64,000 bases of DNA from Octopus vulgaris (Eukaryota), in NCBI GenBank assembly GCA_951406725.2, contig OX597824.1, forward strand, positions 75,268,001 to 75,332,000, given 5' to 3'. Of this stretch, positions 59,853 through 64,000 are shown piece by piece. Every line of letters begins with the position of its first letter. The stretch's first letter is position 1. The position numbers were made by a program, and so were the translations under genes. Under the pieces are notes generated by a model, which was given only the letters and a program-made list of their open reading frames with translations, was not told the DNA's origin and searched no databases.

Positions 59853-61121
59853 CATACACACACATATACATGCATACATACATACATGCATACATACACA
59901 CATACATACATACATACATACATACATACATACATACATACATACATACATACATACATACATACATACATACATACATACATACATACGTGTATGTGCT
60001 ACATCCCCAAGAACGTATCGAAAACTGGCTTGTGAAGTAAACTATAGATAAAATTGAAATTATTGGATACTATAAGACATTTTGACAAGGTAGAATGTCC
60101 TGCAAACAGTTGCATTCCTGTATATAAACACGAAGCCTTCCCTCTCTTTTCTCTCGATGCCTAAACTACTAACGCTCTACGCAGACGAAGAGAAAATACC
60201 ACACACACACGCTACACAAATTTTCTCCAGACTAATTATTTTAATCTTTAATGAAATGTTTCATTTCGTATTGAATATATAAAACAAAACAAAAATATGA
60301 ATTCTATCCTTATTTTTTGCCTTAACTTATAAGTCTCCAATTTCAAATTTACGTTTTCTGATCCCACCAAATATTATGAAGAAATGATTATCTCCCTTGT
60401 AATAGCTGCAATTACTAAGGGAAGCATTTGTGCTTGAAAAAAACTATCTGTGATTTCGTTAAAATCCATTTAAACTGCTGAGGATAGTCAAGACGTATTT
60501 ATGAATAGATATCTGTTCCAATATGCATATACGGAGGTTTACTACTAAGAAATAACAGCTAGAAACGAATGTCTACACTTCAAGGATCATATAGAAAAAC
60601 GGTTTGTGAAGTTGTTTGTGGCTGAAATTGAAATTATTGGCTATATTCACAAGAATTTCAAAAATTGAAATTATTGACTAAGAAATCATTATCCTATGTT
60701 TAAACACTAAATGTTTTCTCTCTTTTCTCTCGACTCCTAAGCTACAAACATTCTACAGAGACAAAGAAAAAATACTACATACTCGCACATTCTACGAATA
60801 ACTGAGAACATAAATAAAAGTTTGGTGATCACCTCAACAGCGCTTCATGCAGGAAACCGGCTAGCAACGTGTTCAAATAACAGTGTAAAGGTCATCCCCT
60901 TTAATTAACCAAAGGATAATTATTTTATACTTTGGTCAGTTATAAGCAAAGCATCTCACCAGTCCAAGACATGTATATCAATTAATATCAAATAAATAAA
61001 ATCTACTCATCACATAGTGAATATCAATTATTTTAGTTAAGGAAAAGTTGAGTCAAATCAATGTTACGCACGTTTTATACATATATGTATATATAAATGT
61101 ATATGTATATGTATGTATATA

Positions 61122-61177
61122 TACCGGTTAGGCCCGAAATTGCGATTGATCCTCTGACAGATAACTGACGAGGGGTT
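61122..61177 (+). ncRNA. Non-circularly permuted hammerhead, 5'-truncated
   Basis: TACCGGTT AGGCCC GAAATTGCG..GACAGATAA CTGACGA GGG. Stem II CCC/GGG. Confidence 0.5.
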
Positions 61178-61483
61178 GGCGACCATCTGTGTCTGTTTCA
61201 CGTTTGTCTGTGCATTTATTATGTTTTCAACTCATTATTTAACGCAACGTATTGTAAAAAAACCCATCTTATTTATAAGTACTAAATACACACACACACA
61301 CATACACACACGCACACACATACATTAATGTTTGTTTTTATGTTCAGTAACAATAAAAACAATTTTTACATTAGTTTGATAGGTTATTCTATACTTTTAT
61401 CGAGTACAACTTCATTATTCTTATACATAATGTTGTTGACAGTTTCGGAAGTCACTGTCAACAACATACTTGAATAATAATAA

Positions 61484-61576
<93 letters not shown>

Positions 61577-61583
61577 CTATCTA

Positions 61584-61661
<78 letters not shown>

Positions 61662-61745
61662 GGAAACAGAAAATGGAGAAATATTGATGAACAACAATTG
61701 AATTACATAAATTATTATTTATTAATTCAATACAAATAGACCGCA

Positions 61746-61856
61746 TTCCATCTAACAGCTGTTTCTGCTTCCTGTGTATTACCATTGATATGCTAAAAAT
61801 ATTTATCATATTTGGCAGTAAAACCGATCTGAAACATGGAGCTTCATCAGAGTGAA
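61746..61856 (-). ncRNA. Decayed type I hammerhead
   Basis: TTCACT CTGATGA AGCTCC..GGAAGCA GAAAC AGCT GTT|AGATGG. Palindromic ACAGCTGT stem III. Confidence 0.55.
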
Positions 61857-63275
61857 GACTAATAAAAAAAAAAGACGACCCTAGAGAAGAAAAAGGGAAG
61901 TTGAATATGATTATAATCATACAATTCTGCTCTTTGGGATATCAAGTAGATGGCTAAATTTAAAATAGTATTTGGTGGGTTAATCCTTCGTACGGGAGGG
62001 GGCGTCGGATGGATAATAATAAAAAAATAAAAAATAATAGCGGGATACGCCAATAGGTTTTAGTCGAAGAAGGAGTGAAGATACAATAAGGTGTTAAATT
62101 AAACATAATAATTTTTAATAATTATGTTTATAGTACTAATTAATAGTATTTATCATAATAAAGAGCTAATCGATTAAATGTATTTTTTTTATTACTAGTA
62201 GGTGATTAAGCCCATCAGCCTGTTGTCCAAAGTGAGATAGGTCAAGGTCCAGTGTTCGATATAATTGGTCAGTTAAAATTTAAAACAAAAGACCAGCTTT
62301 TGAGATCTTTAAACGGGGTAAGATAAGTAAACGAATGAATGGGAAAATGATATATGTTGTAGGGAGCCCGAAAACGCTTAGGGCAGTATAAAACTCGATT
62401 AAAAAATAAATATTATGGAATAAACGAGGCTAATAATAACATTAGAGTCAAGAGAGATACCTATTTGGACGTTTAGGAAATAAGACGGTTGTGGGGTTAG
62501 GTGATCCAAAAGTTTTTAAAATAGGACTGTGAAATTGTCTTTACCTATAATTTATGAGCATAACATGCTTGCATATGTATGCCTAGTATAATGGATAGTT
62601 TTATCCCTTAGACGGTTATTTTAACCTATTACTCAGCTAACCTTATATATATATATATAAATGTGCATGAATGTATGTGTGTATGTATATATTTAACCAT
62701 ACATGTATACATATATTACATTGCTATTTAGTATACGATTTAATTATTGGAGGTTTACTATTAACACCGATACAAATGTACATAGATTTATGTGTTTCTT
62801 GTTGCAGTTTAATTTTAAAGGTAGTGCTTAATCCTGCTTATATATAGATTGCATACTGTTCTACATGAGGTAAATGTGCTTGAAATTTTTTCTTTTTTGT
62901 TTTTGTTTTGGTATGTTTGTTCCCAAACAACACTTCTTTTATTGCTGTTTCAGGTGTCGAAACCATAATGATATCCGTGGGACAGCTGATGATTGGGTTT
63001 GTTGGATTGTTGGTATGGCTGTTTTTGTATATATGGGATAGTGTTATAACACAACCTTTTGATATATATATATATATATATATATGTTAATAAAATATAT
63101 GCATATATATAAACATATATGTACATACCTACCTCTACATGTACATATACACGCATATATGTGTACAGGACACCAAAAAGACGTCGAACACATAGAGAGA
63201 CGAAAAACATAGACACAAACCAAGGAACAAGACAGGCAAAAAAAAGGAGATACAGGACAATAAGCACAACGAAAA

Positions 63276-63338
63276 ATCCCCTTCTTCAGTCGCTAAAGTT
63301 TCATCTACTAAACGTTTCGAAGGATAAAAGCGAGACGT
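63276..63338 (-). ncRNA. Non-circularly permuted (pseudoknotted) hammerhead ribozyme candidate, complete
   Basis: ACGTC|TCGCT ttt ATCCTTC GAA ACGT (17 nt) AGCGA CTGAAGA AGGGGAT. Stem III ACGT/ACGT, stem I TCGCT/AGCGA, stem II GGGGAT/ATCCTT. Confidence 0.7.
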
Positions 63339-63662
63339 ATACTTCGAAGAAAAATTCCTTCCTGAGAAAAGCAAATCAATTAAAATTCTGAGATCTTTTC
63401 GCAGAGGGGTAAAAAAAGCAAGACGGTAACGACAGTACAAACATATAAACAGTAAAAAATATATATATAAACAGTGGAAAAATAAATATATAACAGTGAG
63501 AGACAGGACAAGGAGAACAAGATAAGAAGGGCTGTTAACGCCAGACGAAAAAAGTATAGCAAACGCTGGATTATAGTGGACATATATATATATATATCTT
63601 TACATACTCACACTCACACACACACATATATATATAGTATGTGTGTGTATATATATATATAT

Positions 63663-63743
<81 letters not shown>

Positions 63744-63792
63744 TGTATGTATGTATTTCTTTCTCCGTCTTTCCTGCTTTGGACTTTTTCTA

Positions 63793-63864
63793 TATTTCTG
63801 ATGAAGAGCTCTGCTCGAAACATGAAATCCTCTTTCTTTTCTTTCATTTCCTGAGCGTCCAATA
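63793..63864 (+). ncRNA. Type I hammerhead in short Penelope-like element
   Basis: TATTT CTGATGA A[GAGC/GCTC] GAAAC..GCGTC|CAATA. Confidence 0.65.
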
Positions 63865-64000
63865 ACACTGCACTTATTCCACGTCGTCGCGTTGTTGTTT
63901 TTACTTGCTTGTTCATGTTTGGATTGATTGTATATGTACACACATATACACACATACACACAAACACACACATACAAACACACACACTCACGCACACACG

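Overview
AT-rich, microsatellite-saturated eukaryotic DNA. Its SINE families, (TA)n/(AAT)n/(TATC)n arrays and RTE/R4 relics resemble an octopus (coleoid cephalopod) genome; this taxon call is inferred, not verified. Only one host-gene segment is supportable: a 465-codon, homopolymer-rich first coding exon on the minus strand (25507->24113, clean GTGAGT donor), product unrecognised. The rest is transposon debris: several tRNA-derived SINE families, CR1-, RTE-, R4/Dong- and HERO/NeSL-type LINE fragments, Tc1/mariner, pogo- and hAT-type MITEs, and a Helitron. Most ORF-track entries are microsatellite artefacts. The hidden signal is RNA-level. About 18 hammerhead-ribozyme (HHR)-like motifs sit in short non-coding elements between microsatellites. 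Eleven are type I (Penelope-style; 16165, 31638 and 47397 are best preserved). Seven have the three HHR strands in a non-circularly permuted, pseudoknotted order (NUH strand -> GAAA strand -> CUGANGA strand). The best permuted copy is at 63276-63338(-). Two copies begin at their predicted cleavage site, and one lies in a LINE 3'UTR. All folding was done by eye and no activity is shown.
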